A stretch of DNA of 12,699 nt from Octopus sinensis (GCF_006345805.1 NW_021826526.1:1-12699); one strand, 5' to 3'; positions 1 to 8,910 are shown, numbered from the stretch's first letter. A program made the numbers and translations. The notes: generated from the letters alone by a model not told the origin.

Positions 1-9
1 ATATCTCTT

Positions 10-368
10 AGCTGTTAGATCTTCCAGTGCTCTCTAGCACAAAGGGCAACGATCCTTCTCCGACCCCCCCCCAATGCTAGCCTCCCTCCAGGTTCAACAC
101 GAGTGAAAACTCCCAACGCTATTATGTCGCCCGGAACGCACTGCGCCACGTCTTCCTTCGTGTTCCTCTTGTTCTCTTTCCTCTTCCCGGCGTCCACTCC
201 ATCTCGATGATAGCGTGTCGCTCCTACGATAATCGAAGCACATGGCTAGTAAACCATATCCACTGCGTAATCACTATATTCTGTAAATTTTCCACGCCTG
301 CACTACCCGTCGCCTTTTTGTCTCACACTGTGTTATTCCTGGTAAGAAATGCCTAGGATTCAACGCGT

Positions 369-370
<2 letters not shown>
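10..370 (-). mobile_element. Decayed 3' fragment of an RTE-clade non-LTR retrotransposon (C-terminus of ORF, 5'-truncated)
   Basis: Minus-strand translation across frameshifts and stops gives ILGISYQE*, then IVITQWIWFTSHVLRLS*ERHAIIEMEWTPGRGKRTRGTRRKTWRSAF, then DIIALG...RRRIVALCAREHWKI* (stop at 15-17). The order and wording match the RTE C-terminal motifs RILGISW / WxGHVLR / WTPxGKRxRGRPxxTW / WRxIVAALC as I recall them. Confidence 0.85.

Positions 371-410
<40 letters not shown>
369..410. repeat. Compound microsatellite (AC)n(AT)n
   Basis: Seen directly; abuts the 5' truncation point of the RTE fragment. Confidence 0.97.
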
Positions 411-901
411 GTATACACACAGATGTGTATATGCAAGTGTAGGGTTAGCGCAATTTTACTTCTCAGAGAACGTGAACTAATATGTTAAAGAGTAAATATT
501 GTGGATATTTCAACCTTCAGTTTCTTAATCTCGTGTCAGTCGTTTAGGGTATCAATAATGGTCAGTCCAGGGTTTCCTGCTCTTGATGTCAGAAGCCAAT
601 GTGAGGCGGTGACATTTTTGAGTTTCCCAGTGAAAGTGTAACTCAACAAATGCATTACGCTAACTTTTCTTTAAGTTAAAACTGCTACGTACACTAGACT
701 TACACTTCTATATCAGTGGGTTAGTCTTGTGTCAGGCGTTGTGTACATGGCTTTGGTATGTGGGCACAGTGGGCATATAACGGTCACCTTGTCACCAGAA
801 AATCTACAAATCAAGGCCTGCATTTGTAGGTTGTAAAGTCTCGAAATCCGATGCTTTCGGAGAATATGATATAAAATATATTGCATTATTTTGTGTATGT
901 A

Positions 902-1117
902 AGGCAGCGAGCTAGCAGAATCGTTAGTACGCAGGGCAAAATGCTCAGCGACATTTCGTCCGTCTTCATGTTCTGAGTTCCCATTCCGCCGAGGTTGACT
1001 TTGCCTTTCAAGCTTTCGGAATCGATAAAATAAATACCAGTTGAGCATTAGGGTCGATGTAATCAACTTAACCTCTTACCCGAACCTGCTGGCCTTGTGC
1101 CAAAATTTGAAATCATT
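902..1117 (+). mobile_element. tRNA-derived SINE (Octopus-type family), near full length
   Basis: A-box-like TAGCAGAATCG at 913-923 and degraded B-box GTTCCCATTCC at 977-987. The body GACTTTGCCTTTCA..TTTCGG..TCGATAAAATAAATACCAGTTGAGCA..GGGTCGATGTAATC and tail GGCCTTGTGCCAAAATTTGAAATCATT resemble an abundant Octopus SINE (from recall). A second copy lies inverted at 5688-5835. Confidence 0.85.
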
Positions 1118-1461
1118 GTTTCGCATATAAACTGAAATATATTGCTCAAGACTCAAGTCTTTCGCGTTGGTGTTTTCTCAGGTAAATAGCATTGAAAGTT
1201 TTAGGATATTCTTTTATGTATACAGTAAAAATAAATAAGAATATACTTAGAAACTAACCAATGAAAATTATATCCCTACACAAAAGAAAAATTTTGCTTT
1301 ATATATCTTAATATATCCGAAAATATTCATCTGCTGAATCGATCTTCCGTGAGTCTTCCGTTAAGTGTAATTCAGATAAAATGACGGATACACTCTCCTC
1401 TGTGTAGCAACGCAAATTACTCACTGCATCTCAACATAATGTAAAGGAGAGGAAAAATTAC

Positions 1462-1520
1462 TTGTCTTCTAACGAACACCATCGTTCCAACGTTATAGTC
1501 ATTGTTGCTGCTTTAAATTT
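1462..1520 (-). other. Candidate 59-nt internal exon (KFKAATMTITLERWCSLED), host gene unidentified
   Basis: Minus-strand acceptor CATTCACCTCTATTTCAG and donor GTAATT; one open frame; no recognised homology. Confidence 0.2.
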
Positions 1521-1732
1521 CTGAAATAGAGGTGAATGGCATTTTAAAGTTCATGGGCAAACATTTATAGTCCTACGGGCAAGGTTGTTTTGCATACTAT
1601 ACAGTTCTTTCTCACAAACACAGACTGATTATAAATTATTCCTTAAAATGAAAGCAATGGTAGCCTTAATAAACAAATAAAGAATCTTATTCACCAATGT
1701 TTTGTTGAGCACACATCCTCATTGTTCGATAA

Positions 1733-1901
1733 TTGTGTGTGCATGTGTGTGTTTGTGTGCTTGTTTGTGTGTGTGTTTCTTATATTACATACATATATAC
1801 ATACATATATACATACATATATACACACACACGCACACACAGACACACACGCACACACAGACACACACAGACACACACAGACACACAGACACACACACAG
1901 G

Positions 1902-1932
<31 letters not shown>
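1733..1932. repeat. Compound microsatellite (TG)n / (TACA)n / (AC)n / (ACACAG)n
   Basis: Seen directly; source of the spurious VC/HT/YI-rich ORFs at 1691-2002. Confidence 0.97.
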
Positions 1933-1933
<1 letters not shown>

Positions 1934-2303
1934 GTGTGAGCAAAAAATGCTCTGTATAGAAAACACGTTATAGTGATTAAATGATTTGAACTTCAAATCC
2001 AAAATCTTTATCCAGGACTAGATCCACAGGTTGAAGAGTGGTTATAAGGGAGGTCCAGGTGAGCAGAGATAGAGATACTGACGCAGATGAACACGATTAG
2101 GTTTGATATTCATTGATAAACATATATACATATACACATGTGCTTATGTTCTGAATATATTTTCTTATATTCATTTATGTATATATCCCTATATTTATAT
2201 CTTATGTGTATCTATTTTCATCTATTTATGCATGTGTGTACATGTGTGTGTGTTTATTTTTACACATCAAGCCTTATCATGTTTATCTGCACCTCCGCGT
2301 GTG

Positions 2304-2307
<4 letters not shown>

Positions 2308-2334
<27 letters not shown>
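2308..2334. repeat. (TA)n microsatellite
   Basis: Seen directly; abuts the Penelope-like element. Confidence 0.97.
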
Positions 2335-2740
2335 GTAGGGAGAATTCACCAAAAGAAAAGACAGAATACAAAGACAGGTGATGTAGACAACAAACAGATG
2401 TATTAGTTTAACGCTCGGGAAGTGAAAACATCTTTAACGTTTCGAGCCTACGCTCTTCCACAGAAAGGAACACAGGAAGAAACAAGGAGAGAAAATAAAG
2501 AATGCGTAGTGGCTTGTGATCTATCATGGCGAATGCCGGACTGATGAGGGGTCACACAGGAGAGCTAGGAAGAAGGGGAAATAATAAAGTAGTGGTGATC
2601 CCAAAACGAAGGTGCGCATGCGTGTGTATAAGAGAGCATGTATGTGCAAGTGGAAGACAGCTGGTGACCTTGACGTGTGCGTGTTTGTATGTGTAGGTGT
2701 GTGGATGATGGTGTGGGGCTGGGAAGTGGTCAGTGCTAGT
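2335..2740 (-). mobile_element. Non-coding Penelope-like element (PLE) terminal / pseudo-LTR remnant
   Basis: Minus strand reads pyrimidine tract, then CTG..GAAGAGCGTAGGCTCGAAACGTT, then AAACTAATACATCTGTTTGTTGTCTAC, ending at (TA)n. The CTGANGA..CGAAACG arrangement is typical of PLE termini (established). No RT or GIY-YIG coding remnant is seen; boundaries are approximate. Confidence 0.55.
2432..2467 (-). ncRNA. Degenerate minimal type-I hammerhead ribozyme-like motif
   Basis: Minus strand 5'-cuuu CUGUGGA A GAGC guag GCUC GAAAC GUU aaag-3'. Stem I is CUUU/AAAG, stem II is GAGC/GCUC and stem III is the palindrome ACGU; the core reads CUGUGGA instead of CUGANGA. Confidence 0.6.
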
Positions 2741-2744
2741 GTGT

Positions 2745-2835
2745 GCGTGGTGGTGTGATGTGATGTGGTGTTGTGTGGTATGGTGGTGTACGGTGTGGTG
2801 GTTTGTGGTGTGGTGTTGTGTGGTGTGGTGGTGTT
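2745..2835. repeat. Degenerate (GTGTG/GTGGT)n pentanucleotide repeat
   Basis: Seen directly. Confidence 0.9.
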
Positions 2836-2877
2836 AGAATGTAGGGGAGGTGAGAGTGGGAAAACAAAGGTGGGATG

Positions 2878-2958
2878 TATATATATTCATATACATACAC
2901 ACACACACACAATATATATTATATATGTGTGTGTGTGTGTGTGTGCGTGTGTGTATAT
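2878..2958. repeat. Compound (TA)/(AC)/(TG) microsatellite
   Basis: Seen directly. Confidence 0.93.
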
Positions 2959-3119
2959 AGCATAAATGCATCGTACTCTCAACTTACAACCTCTTTGCTA
3001 TACTGACTCTTGTAATAATTATATCACTACAATGACGAGAGACAAGAGAAAAAAATCGAACACACATTAATATGTGCGTTGGTCTTAGCTTGTACCTACA
3101 CAATACAATTTCTATTCAG

Positions 3120-3191
3120 ATCCGTTAACATATCTTCCAACTTACCGCCTTATGAACCACAGGGTGGTTTCTCTACCTTGTGGAAACAAAT
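3120..3191 (+). other. Candidate 72-nt symmetric exon (SVNISSNLPPYEPQGGFSTLWKQ or PLTYLPTYRLMNHRVVSLPCGNK)
   Basis: Acceptor TTTCTATTCAG (3109-3119), donor GTATGC (3192), length divisible by 3, two open frames; no recognised homology. Confidence 0.25.
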
Positions 3192-3540
3192 GTATGCTTT
3201 CCTCCTCCGTTGAATCATGTTGAATCATAAGGCACTCGATGCATATTTTACTAATGTATTTGATATTCTATTGATCATGTCCGCTAATGAGTTGCATTAT
3301 AGATATTTGAACGCTTGCAAAGCTCATAAATGTACAATCTCGAAATCAAAAACGCGTGCATACAACAGATAACACGCCAAGTACTTATCATGCTACTATG
3401 CATTTGCTCGATCAGCAATCAATAGGGTTCAACTGGGGTGTATAGGACATAATGATAATGCTGTGATAGCTAGATCAGATTCAAACAAACATATCATATC
3501 ATGATACTCGAATGAGAGGAAAAACCTACACGTGAACACA

Positions 3541-3570
3541 CATATGTATACATACATACATACATACATA

Positions 3571-3606
<36 letters not shown>

Positions 3607-3610
3607 TATG

Positions 3611-3663
<53 letters not shown>
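3541..3663. repeat. (TACA)n followed by (TA)n microsatellite
   Basis: Seen directly. Confidence 0.97.
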
Positions 3664-3664
<1 letters not shown>

Positions 3665-3889
3665 GAAAATTCTATAATTTTAGCATAATATAATTAGGGT
3701 TCAGCAAAATTTGCTTCACCACATACCAAAATTTTGAAATAGCAGATAACATACTATTCTACTATTGTCTAGGAGATATCTTATGGTAGTAGAATATTTT
3801 AACTGCTATTTCTAAATTTCGGTATGTGATGAAGCACATTTTGCTGAACCCTAATTATAATTATGCCCATAATTATATAATTTTTGTAT
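3661..3889. mobile_element. Fold-back MITE-like element with long terminal inverted repeats
   Basis: 3691-3745 (TAATTAGGGTTCAGCAAAATTTGCTTCACCACATACCAAAATTTTGAAATAGCAG) is the reverse complement of 3803-3857 with 4 mismatches in 55 nt. Symmetry continues outward (ATACGAAAATT... vs ...AATTTTTGTAT) and inward (TATTCTACTA / TAGTAGAATA). Confidence 0.85.
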
Positions 3890-3988
3890 CAGTTTACCTA
3901 TAATGGTTCTTTTAATATACCGAACTACTTGGTAAATTATTAGTTATTAATTGATTAATTAATTTTACCCTTTATTATTATTGTATGA

Positions 3989-4001
3989 ACACACACATAT
4001 A

Positions 4002-4042
<41 letters not shown>
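3989..4042. repeat. Compound (AC)/(TA)/(TG) microsatellite
   Basis: Seen directly. Confidence 0.93.
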
Positions 4043-4045
<3 letters not shown>

Positions 4046-4539
4046 AGCATATATATTTCTTTTCAATAGAGCACTTTCTATTCAGTGACAAGGGAGATAC
4101 CCCCTCCATATTAAGTGAGGGCTTCAGATCAGCCGGCTAGTGCTCACTTGCACCCTTATTTGCTTTTAGTGACGATTTTACTTGTAGCTTTGGGTTTAAA
4201 TTGCGTCTAGCCACTTTAATAATTCTATATATAGAGAGAGATATTTACATATACATACCTATACAGACACACACATATTTGTACACTTATTACACTCATC
4301 CCCATTACATAGAATATAAAACACGACCAGAGTCACTAGTACACACTCATTCGCACATACATTCGTACACACTCGGCTCAATATGATCGTGCCTATTGCT
4401 TTGGTCAGCATGAGCTATTATTCCTTTCTGATATGCTCTGAAGCACTCCAGAGATCAATCACAAAGTATAGACTATATGACAAGTTTTGATTTTTGGGAT
4501 CGTCATGAAAAGCTCAATTTTATGTATGTGCGCATGTAT

Positions 4540-5175
4540 ATAGGAATATACGTAAATGGCGCGTGGGTGGAAGCATATTAGTGGAAAGCGTATTGCCCGA
4601 AAACATATTGCTTGCAAGGGAAACTGATCAAAATTATCAAACTGCATTAAATATAACGAAAAGACACTTACAGAAAAAGAAAGAAACATTGAAATATATA
4701 ATGGCGACTATTTTTTTTTTACGTTTTAGGCGACATTCTACATTTTCTAATGAAAGGATAAAATTAATTTTTAAAGGTAACATATTCATTTTCAGTCTAT
4801 ATATTTTTTTTTATAAATGATCAATAGATCAAATATCAATAATTCGAAGAATTCACAAAATAGAACGCTAGACAAAAATTCCTTGAGGTTGTTGTATTGG
4901 CCCTTTATGGCTGGAGGTCAGCCTTGCTCTTCATCTTTCGGTGTCAAAATAGCAAACTATCATTCAAGCTCTTGAGTAGTTTCCATTGACTGACTCTGTT
5001 TCCAAAACATGTTGATACCGGAAATGATAAGTTTGCTTTTTCTAATTCTTCTTTTTTTTTTTTTTTTTTTACATATTCCTTTGAAAAATTCTGCATATTG
5101 TTCCAGTTGTGCTTCGATTAATCGGTTTTTCAAGCAATATACTTCCAACAGGTGCGTTTGACGAATGGTACATCC
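4540..5175. mobile_element. Possible old non-autonomous DNA transposon with degenerate inverted ends made of ~15-bp subrepeats
   Basis: 4567-4610 (GTGGAAGCATATTA / GTGGAAAGCGTATTG / CCCGAAAACATATTG) resembles the reverse complement of 5105-5149 (GTTGGAAGTATATTG / CTTGAAAAACCGATT / AATCGAAGCACAACT). Similarity is weak and no TSD is seen. Confidence 0.3.
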
Positions 5176-5687
5176 AAATATGTATGTATATATATGTGTG
5201 TGTATGTGTGTGTGGTATGCATGTGTATGAGTGTATATATATATATATATCAGTTTACCTTCACGTTTTTGATGCGACTCTAATGTATGCTGTTTTTTCC
5301 CTCCATTCTTCTCTCATTCCCTTTTTCTCCCGCTCCCTCTTTCACCGTTTAGACACACGCACAAAATATAAACATACATTGCTGTAGTACGTAACTTAGA
5401 AGTTAAATAGTTGTGTTAAACTATTTGGACTAACTGCCAAATGTTTGAAGGGCAGACATATTTATATGCAGTTTTTTTTTTCCGGTTGTGGGACAGAAAA
5501 CTTTGCGCTTTGTTCCATCTCATATGGTGGCTCTGAGACTTAGTAAGGCTTTTTCTCTTTGGATATTTCGAATAAAATCCTAGAATCAGTAACTCGACAG
5601 CTTCTGGTGGATGTTGTCGACAATTTCTGAATAGTTAGAATGAGTTATCTCATGCTTTTCTTAAAATTTCAGTTGAAAATTAAATCT

Positions 5688-5835
5688 CATGTCAAACTTT
5701 GATACAAGGCCGGCAATTCCAGAGTGGATGGAAAAGACGATTACATCAACCCTCTTCGCCCCCACTATTGCTCAACTAGTACATATTTCAACCTCGAAAG
5801 GATTTAAGACAAAGTCGACTTCGCCAGAACGTCCA
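5688..5835 (-). mobile_element. 5'-truncated copy of the SINE at 902-1117, opposite orientation
   Basis: The reverse complement (GAAGTCGACTTTGTCTTAAATCCTTTCGAGGTTGAAATATGTACTAGTTGAGCAATAG...GGTTGATGTAATC...GGCCTTGTATCAAAGTTTGACATGA) aligns by eye to 990-1116. Confidence 0.75.
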
Positions 5836-6117
5836 GAATTAAATTTAAGTCCAACTAAAAGGCATATTATTAATAGCCATTGTTTTAAGCTTAGCAAGAA
5901 GCAAGCTCCATCGATGAAGATCGTATTACATTACAGGATAGGCTGTTGCATTATATACAACTTTTTATGGAAAACAGAGAAGACAACAATTGCGCAATAC
6001 TGATAAGTAAGGATGTTTTAGTGGATATATTTTGGTTTATACATACATTTTAGTTTATACTAGGCATTTTCTGAACTTAGGGTCTTCATACGAAATATGC
6101 TACGGATGTTGCTCAAC

Positions 6118-6225
6118 CTGAATGTTTATATATATTGTAACTAAAATTTCCCCTGAAGCCATTCTTTCTAAACTCTGGCGGAAAACCATGATTTGGAAGA
6201 CCGTTAAAATATAGGCCAACAATAT
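6118..6225 (-). other. Candidate 108-nt exon-like segment (IVGLYFNGLPNHGFPPEFRKNGFRGNFSYNIYKHS or ILLAYILTVFQIMVFRQSLERMASGEILVTIYINIQ)
   Basis: Unique sequence between repeats, two open frames, length divisible by 3. Acceptor TTTCCAAG and donor GTTGAG are both weak. Confidence 0.15.
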
Positions 6226-6369
6226 CTTGGAAAGCACACACGCAACACACACATTCACACATATAAACATACACTATATAATCACGTATCAATAGACACA
6301 CATATGCATATGCATGTATGTTATATGTAGGTAAATTTATCCGCATACATGCATCCAAACATATACAGA

Positions 6370-6431
6370 GTTACATATATATATATATATATATACATCC
6401 ATCTCTCTCTCTCCCTCTCTGAATGTATATG

Positions 6432-6471
<40 letters not shown>

Positions 6472-6540
6472 CATATATATATACATACATATATACATAT
6501 GTATGTATAACAAATAGATGTATATATATATATATACATG
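6370..6540. repeat. (TA)n/(TC)n/(TACA)n compound microsatellite
   Basis: Seen directly; 6451-6535 is identical to 7031-7115. Confidence 0.95.
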
Positions 6541-6618
6541 CATACATAGTGTGAGTTAGCGTGTAGAACAATAAAAGGAACCAGGAAACAAGAGAGTTGC
6601 CGTGTCAGATGGCGAGAG

Positions 6619-6707
6619 AGAGAATGGGAGAGGAGAACGAAAGATAGGCAAGAGAGAAAGAGAGAGGGAGAGAGAGAGAGGGTGAAGGAAAGAGAGTGAG
6701 GGAAGGA
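6619..6707. repeat. (GA)n-rich polypurine tract
   Basis: Seen directly. Confidence 0.9.
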
Positions 6708-7020
6708 TAACATTTAGCAAAGTCGTAGATGTTAAAGTGATACTATCAGAACACGAAATAGCTCATAATCAGTTGGAGTTTATGACTTGTATATTATGTG
6801 GAGAGATTCACCTGATGGGAAAGGACAGAAGAGAAACGCCCTTACTTTCACTTTCATTGTCAATCTATTTATCTTTATCGTTTATTCTAATGAGCTATGT
6901 TAACATCATTGATATTCCTTCCCCCGGCGTTTTATTGTTGATAATTCAATGAGTATTTGCTGTCCGTCTCCGAAATGATCTGCTGAACCTTAGTTTATCA
7001 AGTGTCTATCGATAAACCAC

Positions 7021-7108
7021 ATATACACAAATATATATATATATTTATATACATATATATATACATACATATATACATATGTATGTATAACAAATAGATG
7101 TATATATA

Positions 7109-7154
<46 letters not shown>

Positions 7155-7200
7155 TATATATATATGTCTGTACGTGTATGTATGTATACATGTATGCATA
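7021..7200. repeat. (TA)n/(TACA)n compound microsatellite
   Basis: Seen directly. Confidence 0.95.
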
Positions 7201-7232
7201 TAATTGCTAGAGAGCAGACATTGTGACGCCAT

Positions 7233-7397
7233 TTTCATATGGTCGTCGACATTATTGACGTCACACTTGGGAGATTAATTCTAGCAGCTGAACATCACAA
7301 TTATCATTTGTAGCCTTTAACTGATCCATAAAAACAAATCTAGAATTGAGATGTGTCAGTCTTGGGGAAAATTAACACATGTCAATATGCATGCAGT
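7233..7397 (+). repeat. Dispersed repeat A, copy 1 (unclassified)
   Basis: Aligns in direct orientation to 9714-9865; shares an exact 28-mer ATAAAAACAAATCTAGAATTGAGATGTG and CACTTGGGAGATTAAT. Confidence 0.9.
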
Positions 7398-7399
7398 AC

Positions 7400-7815
7400 T
7401 GTGTTCAAGCCTCCATGTTTGTATCAGTGTACATATACATGTATATATGTGTGTGGAACATACGTATATATTTATGCTATGCTTATGTATAAATATATAA
7501 GTATGTATATATTTATGCTTATAAATACAGCTATAAACAGAGATACAGATATACGTATATCTGTGTGTGTTGTTTGTGCGTGTATGTGTGTGTGTGTGTG
7601 TAAAATCGCACACATATAAATATGGATTCGTTTATAAAGAATTATTCATATGGTCATATGTATGCATAATTCTATCACTGTATGTATTCATATCAATTCT
7701 GTATATAAACATATTTGCATTTGTCTATACATTTGCACATACATATACATACACGCACACATGTGCATACTCGTGCACACAATTACACACGTACATACAT
7801 GTACATGCACACTTA
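7400..7815. repeat. Degenerate TA/TG/CA low-complexity tract
   Basis: Seen directly; source of the ORFs at 7353-7818. Confidence 0.85.
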
Positions 7816-8053
7816 TAGCCTGAGTGGTTAGCAATGTACAGAAACTGCAGAAAACTTGTGCGCAGTTATATTGGAAAATAATTGCTGTCAGAAACATATT
7901 GCGATTACATTCGCAGCCTTTGTGCCACTAACAACCAACAAAATATTTGCAGTGTTCTCCAAATAGTTTCATGTTTGTAAGGAAAATAGAAAATCAATGA
8001 GTGTAAGTATGAGGTACAGAGTGAAACACGAAGAACACTTCTTTATCCGTATA

Positions 8054-8256
8054 CTGTTTACTTCATTCTATGAGTTTATCTCACCATGGAAAGGTACTTT
8101 AATTTGCTCCCCCGGTTTCCGTCAATTCATGAAGTTGGTGCGCTGTGAGGCTATTTTGAGTCGTTTTGACTCTTATTTCTACCGATTGCCGATACTGTTT
8201 AATACCCTTGTTTATTAACTTAGGTTATAATTGGTAACGAGCCACCTATCTTATTT
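8054..8256 (+). repeat. Dispersed repeat B, copy 1 (unclassified)
   Basis: Aligns in direct orientation to 11591-11799; shares an exact 33-mer GGCTATTTTGAGTCGTTTTGACTCTTATTTCTA. Confidence 0.92.
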
Positions 8257-8286
8257 TTAATATATTAATATATTACAATATCTTAT

Positions 8287-8290
8287 TGTA

Positions 8291-8378
<88 letters not shown>

Positions 8379-8380
8379 TG
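8287..8380. repeat. (TACA)n/(TA)n microsatellite
   Basis: Seen directly. Confidence 0.95.
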
Positions 8381-8849
8381 CATATCTTATACGAAACTAC
8401 TATCAATATATATGTGAAGAATAAGAAGAAATAAAATCAAGCGTAGGTTTGCCAAAGAAAGGTTCAACATGGCTGAATAATGGCACACTTGATGCATGGA
8501 TTTTCACTGATAGGTAATCCTCAGTCGGAAACGGTGCAGTGTATGGTAAATTTGATCCTTTGGGTTGTGTTTACTACCGCCCAAGCGATTTTCGTCTACA
8601 TAATTTCACTGAAGATGTTTAGCTTATTAAATAAATAAATAAATAAATAAATATATCGCCGTCATTGAAATCAGGGTCTGAGCTTTTTCATTACTGTTCG
8701 TCTACTATAGTCATATGAATACATACGTGTGAGCGTGTATGTATATGAGTAGATATGTATACCTATGTAAGTGTGCATATGTATACACACACATACATAC
8801 ACATATAAAAATATTTATATAATCAATAGAGATAAAGGGTGAAATATCA

Positions 8850-8910
8850 CTAATACTTTCGGTATGTGGTCTAGCAACTTGTTGCAAAGACCCTCACTGT
8901 TATAATTATA
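8850..8910. mobile_element. Degraded single arm related to the 3661-3889 MITE
   Basis: Shares TTTCGGTATGTG, ACCCT and TTATAATTAT in the same order and spacing as 3817-3864. Confidence 0.45.

Noticed and set aside
713-1066. 117-aa minus ORF, the longest in the track
   Set aside because: Its first half is the antisense of the SINE at 902-1117 and the rest has no recognisable homology.
1070-1135. Minus-strand 52-nt exon-like segment with TTTCAG / GTAAGA sites
   Set aside because: Overlaps the SINE tail; cryptic sites in a repeat with no other support.
1983-1999. Perfect palindrome GATTTGAA-C-TTCAAATC (also AAATAGTT/AACTATTT at 5405-5426 and AACCACGTGGTT at 9338-9349)
   Set aside because: Arms of 6-8 bp are at about chance level for 12.7 kb of AT-rich DNA.
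2541-2560. CTGATGAGGGGTC on the plus strand, a perfect hammerhead 5' core
   Set aside because: No complementary stem II arm and no GAAA follow at a workable distance; only the minus-strand motif at 2432-2467 has all helices.
5052-5070. T19 run as a possible terminator or retroposon tail
   Set aside because: No upstream hairpin, Pol III gene or attached retro-element body is evident; treated as a mononucleotide repeat.
5689-6003. 104-aa plus ORF
   Set aside because: Begins inside the inverted SINE fragment; no protein-family features.
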